Shown here piece by piece: positions 35,253 to 46,689 of a DNA stretch of 64,000 nt. Origin of the DNA: Botryllus schlosseri (lineage: Eukaryota). The notes under the pieces were generated by a model that was not told where the DNA came from, made no database searches, and saw only the letters and a list, made by a program, of their open reading frames with translations. Where the stretch lies: contig CM119377.1 of assembly GCA_051294905.1 (NCBI GenBank), positions 29,016,001 to 29,080,000 on the forward strand, written 5' to 3'. How positions within the stretch are numbered: position 1 is the first letter of the stretch; the number at the start of each line of letters is the position of its first letter. A program made the position numbers and the translations under genes.

Positions 35253-36905
35253 TTAATGAAAATTTTGACCCTTCGTAGACACGTCAGAGGGGCCATTCTC
35301 TTTTTCCCAGGTACATGTTGGGGCTGAGCATTTAGTAGCTTTTCGACCGTATCGAAAATGAAACCAGCAATACGGGTGTTCCACCTTGGATTTCCCGTCC
35401 CTTTCCCCCGAGTCATTAATTTTGTTCGGCTTCTTACTGTCTTTGTAACGCGAATTGTATTGATTACTGTTACTGTTCACCTTCAATACTTCACGAAATT
35501 CCGACCGAAGATCTTCAAACATTTTACGAATACCCTCGGAATGATCACATCTATTCCTAGGTTCCCAGGCCTGTTTGTTCACTGCATTAACACGGTCCGA
35601 CGCTACAAAAGGTGGGGCCGACGGTGAAAGGTTTGAATGAACTGCATTGACATAACCAGTGCCTGTCGGAAGGCTTTCATCCGCACGCTGAGCAATCGTC
35701 AATAATTCGTGTGTATCAACGTCATCACCTTGAGTTACTAGCGATGGTCTCAACCTAAGATCCAACATTTGGATAAAGATAGATCGCCATGATCGTCTGT
35801 TGGCCTCACAGTCAACCTGCCCGGACATGTACTCGTTGGTGTAATCGAACGCCTGTTCAGGGGTCCATCCACCCTTCCTAACCAAAGCCATAATGGCTGC
35901 AAAATTATTGGCCAATTTTTTCGATTGTGGCATATACCGCTGAAGCAAAGCGCTCTTGGCCTTCTCATAACTATTCACGTGTTTCGTGTCTAGTCGGCCA
36001 TTGAATGTCTGTTTAATGATGCCTTGGCCAATGTTGAGCATAACAAACGTTGTTCGTGCCTGATTAGAAGTTATACGAAACGCATCGAACATTACTTCTG
36101 CTTGCTCAAAGAATTGCTCAGGATAACGTGTTTCGAATGTGACTTTTTTCAGTTTATTCACAACTTGATGCATTTGACGCTGTAATTCCCGTTCCTGTGC
36201 CGTCAAGGAAATTGGTTCAAAATCCCTATTCTGTTGCGGTAACATAACGGCGTCATTCGCATTTGGTGGTAGCGCTTGACTGGGCCCAACCGATCGCGAC
36301 ACTAAACTATGCACCGGAAATTGTTCGTGAACCACATTCTGCTGCGTCCTAATCTGCGGTACGGCGTTTAAACTCGGAACCGCGAAACGCTGGTTAACTC
36401 TCGTATCTAGAACGGCATTAGGGCCCATATCCCCTGAAGGATCGCGTATTGTATTAGCCGACGGCGCCATCTGCCTGTGCGGTCTTCTGTGAGTTACATT
36501 AGTCAAATCTCCCAATATTGGTCGTGGCGGAATAGCTATGTCACTTAATACCACACGATTGACCACGTCTCGATCTCCACTTGGAGTAATGCCATCATTC
36601 AAATCAATGTCAGGACCCGCATCTAAACTAGACCTTGAGGAATCTCCTTGAGGAAAACCCCCCAGCGGACCTGCGGCGTAACCCGACAATACAGACGCAC
36701 TCTCTGTTTCCGGCTGTTTACGACGAGTACCACCGTGAATTTCAGATTTGGTTTCATTTTTTATGCTAGGAGGAACAGCATCTACACTCTGATCAGAAGT
36801 ACCGGGTATCACAGTTTCCTGTGAAACAATTTTGGCGTTACTGTCCTCAGAGTGAGGTGGGTCCTCATCAGACTTAATTGTAGTATCTGCGTTTGCGCTA
36901 GCCAT
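35253..36905 (-). CDS. gag: Gag with CHCC-type nucleocapsid motif
   Basis: 550-aa open ORF; FFEQAEVMFDAFRITSNQARTT capsid-like motif; CWFHFRYGRKATKCSAPTC (C-x2-H-x9-C-x4-C), as in CsRn1-clade gag. Confidence 0.9.
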   Translation of the reverse strand: MASANADTTIKSDEDPPHSEDSNAKIVSQETVIPGTSDQSVDAVPPSIKNETKSEIHGGTRRKQPETESASVLSGYAAGPLGGFPQGDSSRSSLDAGPDIDLNDGITPSGDRDVVNRVVLSDIAIPPRPILGDLTNVTHRRPHRQMAPSANTIRDPSGDMGPNAVLDTRVNQRFAVPSLNAVPQIRTQQNVVHEQFPVHSLVSRSVGPSQALPPNANDAVMLPQQNRDFEPISLTAQERELQRQMHQVVNKLKKVTFETRYPEQFFEQAEVMFDAFRITSNQARTTFVMLNIGQGIIKQTFNGRLDTKHVNSYEKAKSALLQRYMPQSKKLANNFAAIMALVRKGGWTPEQAFDYTNEYMSGQVDCEANRRSWRSIFIQMLDLRLRPSLVTQGDDVDTHELLTIAQRADESLPTGTGYVNAVHSNLSPSAPPFVASDRVNAVNKQAWEPRNRCDHSEGIRKMFEDLRSEFREVLKVNSNSNQYNSRYKDSKKPNKINDSGERDGKSKVEHPYCWFHFRYGRKATKCSAPTCTWEKENGPSDVSTKGQNFH

Positions 36906-37148
36906 CTCAGGATTGTATAATACCCTAGTCTACACAGATAATAATCATACACAATAACAACAATATAAGCACACAATAATTATATGTAGCATGCACAATC
37001 AACTAGGGACTGCCGTATGAAGTCTATATACCAGAACGGAATAAAGAACACGTCACCTGAGTTGCGAAGTTAATAAGCGTTTCTTGATGATAATACGTAT
37101 CGAGTCTGTGTTGGCGATATATCCAAATAATCTCGTTCAAAGGCACCA

Positions 37149-37478
37149 TGTGACGGTATGGTTAATTGAGGTATAATAGTCTCTGCAATTAGAACTCAGA
37201 CGAGTAGTTGTCCTGGCGTAGGCTGCACTCTGTCTGTACTTAACTGAGAGATAGAACGTCCTCTTCGACCACTGTCGTATCGTGAACTCTTCAGACGAAT
37301 ATATTGTTCAACACAGTCTATTTATTGTACGTAATTTCAGTAGGTTTAGCATGAATCTCCTCGAGATTGCTCTCGCACGAGTTTATAAATGGTCGATATT
37401 ATCGTAATAGGAAGTTACGTCACGTACGCATAAGGCGTGCAATACACTGTTGTGACACGCCCAAGACACACCGTTACA
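37149..37478 (-). repeat. 5' LTR of the gypsy element
   Basis: Identical to 31665-31994; followed on the minus strand by TGGTGCC (PBS-like, 37131-37148). Confidence 0.97.
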
Positions 37479-39703
37479 TTGTATCGAAGTGTTGAGACAG
37501 CAAAAGAGCTGCTATTCTCGGCAGAAGATTTGAGGGCCAGAGATCATTTTGCAATTTTTGATCCGTCGGTACCGCATCTCCCCTATGGTATTTCGCTCTT
37601 GATGTTATGTGATCGCAGGTCAAGCTCACAGCAAAGTCCCTAAACATTCACAAACGGAAAACTGGATCTTTCGAGCAATCTTTTATAATAAAGCAAGTGA
37701 AATTTTTGAGATCGTCAATATGCATGCTCGTTATAGTGTTGATTTTTATGCCGCTAGCGCCATGCATATAATGGCCCGACGTTGAAATGAGAAGAATATC
37801 AACAAAGATGTTATAATGACGTGGAGAATTTAAATATATGAACCTACAAAAGCACATTCGAATATAGCCTATACCCTGAAGTTCATGATTGACAGTCACA
37901 ATTTCCCACATATGGACGCTACGCACTAATTGTTTCATAGCAAAGCGCCGTGGAAAACATCATATCTTTGTGGGATTTGTAGTGTTGACCGACCCAAATT
38001 TATTGTTCGAACCGTGGAGATTTCAATATCAAGTTCTAAAACTTTTTTATATGACTGTAACTGACTGTCAGTTTCAAGTTTCACAGCGATCGCATAGTAA
38101 TTTGAGTGAAATATAGGACAGGAATATCTAGTTATAGATATCCCTGTATAGGATATGGGTTTTTCTGGGTTTATTGAGTGTCCACATCTGGATTTTTACG
38201 ATATATCCCAGTGGCATCCTTTCATTGTCTGTCTTGACTTGAGCCGCGGGTAAAACTAATAGAACCGCCGATTATATTATTAGTGATTCCTACTGCAAGG
38301 CGATCACAAACATATTTGATTGATTAATAGGAAGCCTGTCAATAGATAGGTGAGGTAAATTCCACACATTCGTCATGGCCGCGACATGAAAATACTGCCA
38401 TACCGAATCAGCGCTACAGGCTTGTGTCGTGAGAAATGTATGGTATTGTATATTACACATTTTTCAAGTTAAGTTATAGCTGGACAGGAATTTGTAGAGT
38501 CTCCGTATACCAAGACAAGACATACGAAGTAGATCTCGACCGATTATGATATCGTATAAGGCCGTCGGGGTACGCGACAATTAGCCTAGGAGCCGGCATT
38601 TTGGCGCCAGGGATTTCTACGCAACAACACATATATAAGGTTTCGGTTAACGTTCGATTCAGTGTAGATTAGTGGCGATAAATCCGCGAACTTTAGTGTG
38701 ACACAGGGGCCTCTATGTTAGAAGTTACAAACTCGTACTTGCCAAGATATAGACCTTTAGTTGTTTATATGTCGTCAGCCATGGAAATATAACTGTAGGG
38801 AATTAAGATTTATAATTGTCATCACTTGACCAGACCTGATCACACATTATACTGTCTTCAGATTGACCTAGCACAGTGCTTTTCAACCTGTGTGACGGTT
38901 CGCATTCGTGAGAATGAAAAAAATGCAGTTTTTACTTATCCAAGGTCACTGTTTTGGCGGCCTGCAATTCCGCATACATTTCAAGTAGGTATCTCGGCTC
39001 CATATTATTGGCGCCCCCTCCAAATTGCTCACATGTGCGACGTTCATGACGTCAATACATTGCGAATACGACATAGAGAGCGCACGTTTCTCGTATAACC
39101 TGCTAGAGTTGTAAGCCCGAGTCCAGCGTAAGTTCACTTAAAACTGTTAGCAGTGAATCTGATCCCGTATTAGTCCTTGATCTGACAGCTGGACGAGGAC
39201 GATACATGGGACGACAATTGCCCCAGATAGATGCATTGATCCAGTACAATCGCGTTTGAGTCCCATAAGGGATGTAAGAATAATGTGAGCGTATATATAT
39301 TGCGTGATACGAAAAGGGACGTGGTCACGTGATGAACCGCGATTGGCTATATAGGGCCGGACAAGTCGTGTCGTGTCTCACCTGCGAAAATGCAATTCAT
39401 CATAAACAGCTCAAAATCTATCCTCGATATCGATCGAATCCTATTGCCGCACTGATTCCAAATATCCGAATATTGACAATGTTGGACAACCACCAGAACA
39501 CCCCCGAATTTATCAAGGAATATGACGACGAATCTGCCTCTCTCACTATTCAATCACTCAGTATCAGTTTGATAATATTTTGGGTGACTCCAGCCTAGAA
39601 GACTTCGGTCATATCGGGTCTCCCAGTCTGTACCGTGTAAAATATAGTTCGGAAAATTAAAAAAAAATGTATACTATTGGACGTATAAACGCGACGATTT
39701 TGT

Positions 39704-40704
39704 TTACGCCTTTTTTTGCTTGCCATACAGCTTATCTTCTTCATTCAAAATTGCTCTCTGAACAAATTTCAACTTGAGACCTGGTTCGCTATGAGTTTCC
39801 AGAGCAGTGACCAAGGTTGCGTAAGGCTTAGGTAAACTTCCCAGCAACGTTACAACTCGCAGTGTTTCTTCTACTGGCGAGCCAAGTGCAGCCATTTGAT
39901 CAGGCAATTTCTTCATATATTTCAAATGACTCTTGACTGAGTCATACTGATTCATTTCACATCGAAAATACGACTTCATAAGCAAAAGTCTATTACCGGC
40001 GGAGTCACCCTCAAAGTGTTCCTTCGAGGCATTCCAAGCATCCGCAGGCGTATTGCAAGATGTTATTAAATACAGTTGTGACGTAGAGACAGATGTAATG
40101 ATGGCTAACGCCTTATCTAACTTCTGATGTTCCCTTGTCTGCTGCTGATTTGCGCCTCCTGGCAACACTTCCGATCCATCAACATATTGGAATAATTCCT
40201 TCGCCTTCAGCAAACAAGTTATCTGGTATTTCCACGTCAGCCAGTTATCACTATGCAGTTTGTCCGCCGTGAATTTCTGTACTTCACCGGACGCCATAGT
40301 AGTCATTAGGCTCCAACGCAAATTTTAGAAACTGTAAGCTCTCCGTACGATCCAATATTCTCAATATCTCTTCTTCGGAATCCCAGACTCGTTACTTGCC
40401 GCAGCGGGAGCGTGCTGGTCCCATAACCTGTTGAATTCTAACAGCAGACACGCCACAACTACCAAGTGTGAGCTGGTTTATTGTCAAGGCAGGAACGCGA
40501 GTTCCTCACACAGCAGCAGAATACAAGGAATAAGCCAGACTACATAATAACACGTGCACACTGCACAGTAACGAAAAGGGGCAACACTAAAGGTTGCTGT
40601 CTAGCACAATCAATTAATCATCAATCATTCACATTACAACATAGCAACAGCCAGCGGTACATTGCATCTACACAAACCACAATTGCCGGCGGTGCAAGTC
40701 AACA
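39704..40704 (-). mobile_element. gag: Ty1/copia 5' fragment: LTR 40429-40704, PBS 40415-40428, gag 39704-40321
   Basis: TGTTG..CAACA LTR; GGTTATGGGACCAG (half-tRNA-iMet copia PBS, one mismatch); KLHSDNWLTWKYQITCLLKAKEL...LLGSLPKPYATLVTALE; no pol or 3' LTR. Confidence 0.9.
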
Positions 40705-42326
40705 TAAGTAAGGGCTGTGCCTACAGAAGTGGATACGAAGAAATAACAGAAACAATCAACCGGCTTGGATGTGGTGAAATACGAACAATCAAATCAAACA
40801 CATCTACCACAGAGGAACCTCAATACATAATGGATACAGACAGGTAACCATCGATAACTACGTGCCCGGGAAAATACCACCCTTACTATACCTAGGCAGA
40901 GCGCCCTGCAAGGTTTACTTACCTGCAGCGGAAGCGATCAACAGGTGTTATAGATGCTTGCAAACAGGGCATAACGCGGCAAACTGTCCCAATGAAACGG
41001 TCTGCCTACTCTGCAAAGAGTACGGCCATAAAAAAGACAAATGTCCAAAAAACAGAAGTCCAGAAGATGAAAGCAGCACTCCAACATAACAGCAGTGGAA
41101 GAACCAACACAGCTCGAAATTGAACAACTAACCCAGAGCCAACCACTGAGAGCTAGGCAAGACATCATTGAGGATTCAGAGGCCGAAGAACTAGAGCCAC
41201 AAGATGAACCACATGACTTCTTCAATCTAGCAGAGACAACAAGACCTGGAGATGAATCAGAATCCAACAACGAAAGCGAACATAATAACAGATGAGGAAT
41301 AGCAAATAATTACAAGCGATGAAGAGAGACGACAAGGCGCAGGAAAAGACAAGAACAAAAAAAGTCGAAAACAATAAAAAGCCGAACAGGACAAACGGCA
41401 ACATTAACAAGGAAATTCGAAGGAAGAAACTTCACCGCACATGAATTCTTTAGCGCACCCTCGCCAAACAAAACAAATCAAAGCGCCAGAAGCCCTACGA
41501 CACAAGCCGAAAGCTCTGCAAGAAGAAAACTTCTGAAAGCAGACATCGAACTGAAAAAGTAGCCCAGCCCCCCCCCCATCCCGTCTAATCCTAATGGCGC
41601 TGAATATCATATCCCTAAATGCCAATGGAATAGAAACACATTGGTTCAAAATGAAAAACTTACTCTGAAGCGAAGAGCTGGCATATCATTTATTTGTGTC
41701 CAAGAGACACATAGAGCAGATACAAGAAAAATAGAAAAATGGGCACAACAAAATGATATACTTTACTTTTCAAACTATTACAGGGGCACAGGGATATTCG
41801 CCATAAAGGATTTACAAAACAAGTACCACATAGAACACCAGATAAAAAGACAGGACAGGGTACAAATGCTACGACTAACCGAAAAAGAAACAAACGACAT
41901 CACTACCCTGTACAATGTGTATGGGCCTAGCGATATCGGAAAACAGCAAACAGATTTTTATCGAGAACTAATAAGCCACATAGAAAATAATACCCCCGAG
42001 AGCGCGATAATCTGTGGCGACTTTAACATTGTCACAGATACGCTAGACTAGAAGAATATCGATAACTTTAAACTTGCGCCCGCCGCTAAACTATGGAAGA
42101 CCTTCATAGAAATACATAAGATCAGAGACATATGGCGTTGGCGAAACCCAACTAAAAAACTATATACCATTATGAAAGCGAGACAATCGAGGCCCATAGA
42201 TAGAATCTATATATCGGAAAGACTTCTAACGAGAGTTAAAACAACAACGTATAAACTCAACACCATTTCAGACCATGTATTTCTTCAAAAAATAACAATT
42301 GTAAAGCCGCAAAACACCAAATGGGG
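40705..42326 (+). pseudogene. LINE D: L1/Tx1 ORF1 (3' part) and APE endonuclease, truncated at KWG
   Basis: RAVPTE, CYRCLQTGHNAANC..CLLCKEYGHKKDKC; MALNIISLNANG, QETH, NVYGP, CGDFN, IDRIY, SDH. Confidence 0.9.
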
Positions 42327-42331
42327 TAATG

Positions 42332-42420
42332 CAGAGGTCTCAAACTCAGACGGGCTCGCAGGCCAATTTCTTAGTTTTGATGACGCCGCGGGCCGCACCA
42401 CCAATAATAGGGATATTCAA
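42332..42420 (+). repeat. Orphan hAT MITE left end truncating LINE D
   Basis: CAGAGGTCTCAAACTC followed by GGGCTCGCAGGCC and GCGGGCCGC motifs; no right end found. Confidence 0.5.
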
Positions 42421-42929
42421 CGCAGAATTTCCAAGTAGGCCTTATTTGACGGGAGCTTGAAGACAGCCATTCCAGAAACATCATGAATATGTAATTTGCT
42501 ATTGTACTATTTTCACGCTTGACACGAAAAAAATCATATTTTCAAATATTTGAATAAAATTGATTTTATACCGGGCATTGGGGGCATCATTTGTTCAAAT
42601 AATGAGTAATAGACATCATGCGAGAGGATGCATCATGCATGACATCGTCAAATTGTCGGGTTTTAACATTGCAGCTAGTGGACCTTTGACATGCCACAAT
42701 TTTATGTATAATATTTTAAAATCTACTGAAGATTGATCTGATACCAGAGCATTTAAGCGGTGTAGCCTAATCCGGGTTATGATATAATAGGCTATTGTTA
42801 CTATGTCATTGCCATAGTCAAATTAAATCAGCGTCAGATTTTGCCTTCGATTATTATTGGAACATATCAATAATAACTTGAATAATAATCATTATTGAGC
42901 CCTAGTAATAACATTATTTCTTTATCTAG

Positions 42930-44171
42930 TTGTCCAAGTCTGGTGCGTGGGAGGGTTGATACCCACTAGGATGGCACTGCTGCTGTTGGGGCTGCTTTGA
43001 CGACACGTGTGCTACCGGCCGCGGAAAGCAAGGTGTCATGCTTGCCTTTGACTGAGCAACAGAGTAGTGGCTGCTGCGACGATGACGTGGGTGGGATAGC
43101 AGACACCTACTGGGATGCCAGTGCTGCTGACGGAGTTGCGTCGACGACACGCATGATATTGGTCGCGGAACGCAAGGAGTCAGGCATGCATGTGACTAAG
43201 CTGCAGGGTTCTGGCTGTCGTGGTCACAAGGAAAGCGGGATAACAGACACTCGCCGGGGAAACACTGCTGCAGACAGGATTGATTCGACAGTACGGCCGG
43301 TTTTGGTCGTTGAAAGCAACGGATCGTGTTTATCCGAGACGGAGAAGCAGGGGAATGATTGTCATAGTGATGCGGCTGCCGATGTTTTATTCACTAGGCG
43401 CGGAAAGGTGTTGCGCTGACTGCACGTGAGAATTCAGATGCTCGGGAATGTTGGTGCGAGCTGAGGAAATCCTTCGTCCCATTCGCGACCAACGGGCGGA
43501 TTTTGATTGATTGTCTAAGGCTGACCATTCGTGGATCGAGACAGACGACGACAAAGGAGCGAATCGGTGCAGTGACGAGAAGGAGTTGTGAAAATCGGAC
43601 TGTGAACGGACATAGTAGTTTACTATTTTATTTCGATTGAGTGGAACGAAGTGCTATACCTTTGTATACTAGGCCTCTAATACTGTATGTGATTTGATGA
43701 GTTAGCGATGACAATTGTAACTTTGAAGGATTGGTTAGTTGAGTAGATTTTGTTGTGTGATTGAGAATTTCCAAAAAATCTCAATCAAGAAAGGTGAGGG
43801 TAGTGTGAAAACCCTGGTATTCGATTTGTAACAGTCCAGTAATTACATTGTGTTGTCACACTTGATATGTTACACTCGCACGTCCTTCGTGGAATCGCAT
43901 GGAATGTTTGCCGAGGTTCTGGGTCGACACGTGGTCTTTGGCTACGGATGGAGCAGTAACGATTGTCTGTGTGTATTGTGTACTAAAGTACATCGGCGTA
44001 TATGGGTGTATTGAAGATTCGCCTTGGATTATGAAATTAAACTGATTTATATATGGTACAACTCTGGGCTCGTGTGGTGTGTTAACCGTCCGTCGCCAGG
44101 AGAGGTTCCGGAACCCGAACACACTTACGACGTCCCCGTTAAGCAGTTATCGCCGAATCCGGGACGCTACA
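42930..44171 (+). mobile_element. Partial LTR retroelement related to the 9442-11670 element: internal region, PPT and 3' LTR (43804-44171)
   Basis: PPT AAGAAAGGTGAGGGTAG then TGTG..GCTACA; the last 70 bp of the LTR align with the TRIM LTR end; no 5' LTR seen. Confidence 0.75.
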
Positions 44172-46500
44172 GCAAGAACCGAACCAGAGAAATGAATTGG
44201 TACATAGCATTCAGGATGTGATCCACCGGGGAAAAATATGAGATAAAAAGCCAAGGGCACAGCCCACATATATAAGCATAAGAGCGGTGCCAACCTGTGA
44301 ATCGTTGGCAAACATAATACAAACATGGAATGCAGGGACTTTGCTGAAAATAACGAGAGGGTATCATAGAGATACTGAGTTCGAAAACGGCTTCAGGCAC
44401 AAGAGATACTAAGTTCGAAAACGGCTTCCGGCACTTGGTGTATGAATAATATGTGAAAGGCATACTTCCACAATTCATAACGATAGATGGAGCCAGATGC
44501 AAAATATTCCTGCCATCCGCTATGAAAAATAATAACAGAAAATGTTATGTGCGTGCTAGGCCGGGCATATTGCAGCAAAATGCACACTGAAAAGCTGCCA
44601 GTATACTGTGAATCAAAAGAGCACAGTATGCTCAACTGCCCAACAAGGGACTAGGAGAAGGAGTTTCCGAGAATAACTAAGGATGCCGACTGTAGCGAAA
44701 TTGCAGAAATTATTGTTACAGGAGAAACATAGGTAGTAGCAGAGCAAGACGAACAACAACAACAGACTGGTGACCGAAGAGGCTTAGCAAAAGATGCAGA
44801 TCTCATCCCAGGGCTCGGAATCCGAGGATGACAGCCCGAAAATAAAGTCAATAGTGACTTGCGCGAAAACGCTAACTGATGACTCTGAGAACTCGGATAT
44901 TGCAGTCTCCACAGAAGAAAAACAAATAGAAGACGAGCAAACCCCCGAACGCAGCTCGACAACACAAAACAAGAACAAAAAGAAGATGAATAAAAATAAA
45001 TCTGGCAGAAAACACTCCAAAAAACATGAGCATTAAAATAACATCGCTAAACGTAAATGGAATTGACAGAAACTGGAAAAACCTTACCAACCTAATAAGA
45101 GAACAAAACAGCGATGTTATCTATATTCAGGAATCTCACAAAATCAATACAATTGAAATTGAAGGTTGGTACAAAAACTGACCGGATAAACAAGATATCT
45201 GGGCGAACAGAGAAAAAAATAAACGTATCATCTACTTTCTAGGAACACTAGTACTGATTAAGTCAGAAATGAAAAATAAATACAAAATAACCGGGAACAT
45301 TATAGTAGATCATAGAGTACAAGCAATCTCGCTACAAAGCAAAGAAAATGTCTTGGAGGTATGGAATGTATACGCTCCTCCCAATCCTGGGAAATACCAT
45401 CCCAATCCTGGGAAATACCAAACAGATTTTTTTAAAAAACCTCTCAGAAACGCTCCACGACACAGTCAATAGAACGGTTATTTGTTTGTGGAGATTTTAA
45501 TATGATTATAAACGACAAATACTGCAAGGTTAAGACAAAATACAACCTGTCACCGGTAGCAAAGATTTTGAAAAACTTCATTGAAAACCACTGTTATCAA
45601 GACGTATATAGATGGAGGAATCCTAAAAAGTAAATCTATACCAAGACAACAGGAAGACAAGAAAGACGTATCGACAACATCTACGCCACAGACGATGTTG
45701 CAAACGACGTCTCTGTGTGTAAATACACCTACAATCCTATATCCGATCAAATCTACATGATGGACAATCTCGGACAAAACACGAATTAAATATGGTAAAG
45801 GATTGTGGGAATGTATAATGTCAGCGTCCTAGTAACTCTCCCTTGCTTGACGACCACATTAAAACAACAATAGAAACGATGAAGGAAAACAAGAGCAAAT
45901 ACGATTCCATCACACAGTGGTGGGATGACCTTACATCAGTGTTAAAAACTGAAATAAGGACGGTAAATAAGGAGAGTATTAAGATACTACAATCAACAGA
46001 AAAACAAAGAGGCCTTAATCAGGGCAAAGATAAGAGAAATAAACAAAGAGCAAGACGTTACAAAGAGCAACAAGACAGTCAAAAAAATTATATTTTCTCT
46101 GTAAAAAACTTATATTTTCTCTGCCAAACAGCAAAGTTAGAAGACAAAGAAAACTATGAAAAGCCCAAGTATTTATTTGACAGGCTGAAGTCAAGAAATC
46201 GAATTCACAGTATCCTAGATGATAACGGACAATCTGTGGAAAGCCTAGAAGTTAAAAAGATTATTCAAAACTTCTATCAAAAACTCTGGGACGTATAGAA
46301 AAAACATAGATATAGAATTAAATGAGGTTAATCTTGCGGAAGAAGATCAAGAAATCTTAGTATCTCTTCCTGAGTTATGCTCATTTCAGTATATCTTCCT
46401 GAGTTATGCTCATTTCTATGTACTTCAAAACAAAAGAGCTCAGGCAGAACTCCAGGAAGCGATGGACTTCCAAAAGAGTTCTATATCAAGTACTGGCCAG
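44172..46500 (+). pseudogene. LINE E: L1/Tx1 ORF1, APE and linker up to the start of RT, heavily decayed
   Basis: ISIRAVP...FENGFRH...LPQFITIDGARCKIFLP, CESKEHSMLNC; ITSLNVNGI, QESH, NVYAPP, GDFN, IDNIY; PGSDGLPKEFY. Confidence 0.85.
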
Positions 46501-46689
46501 TGCTGTATCTCAAAGAGTATGAATGAACGGCCTAACCACGCGTTGAGCAAGGTAATATACGATTATCACTATTGAATCAATAAATGACAACTAGTGCATA
46601 ATCACCGTTATATTTTTTCGTTTTGATCTGATGATCCAATAATATGATACCTATACCGATACAGTAAAATTATTGGAATTTATTGCAGG

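Larger units (their letters stand above)
31665..37478 (-). mobile_element. Ty3/gypsy LTR retrotransposon (CsRn1/Kabuki-type gag), 5814 bp, lacking integrase
   Basis: 330-bp LTRs at 31665-31994 and 37149-37478, identical by eye; TG..CA ends; TSD TTGT; PPT and PBS-like site; open gag and pol frames. Confidence 0.97.

Noticed and set aside
37480-38870. Possible host exons in apparently non-repetitive sequence (also 13680-14560 and 30540-31660)
   Set aside because: Only short ORFs without motifs and no consistent splice chain
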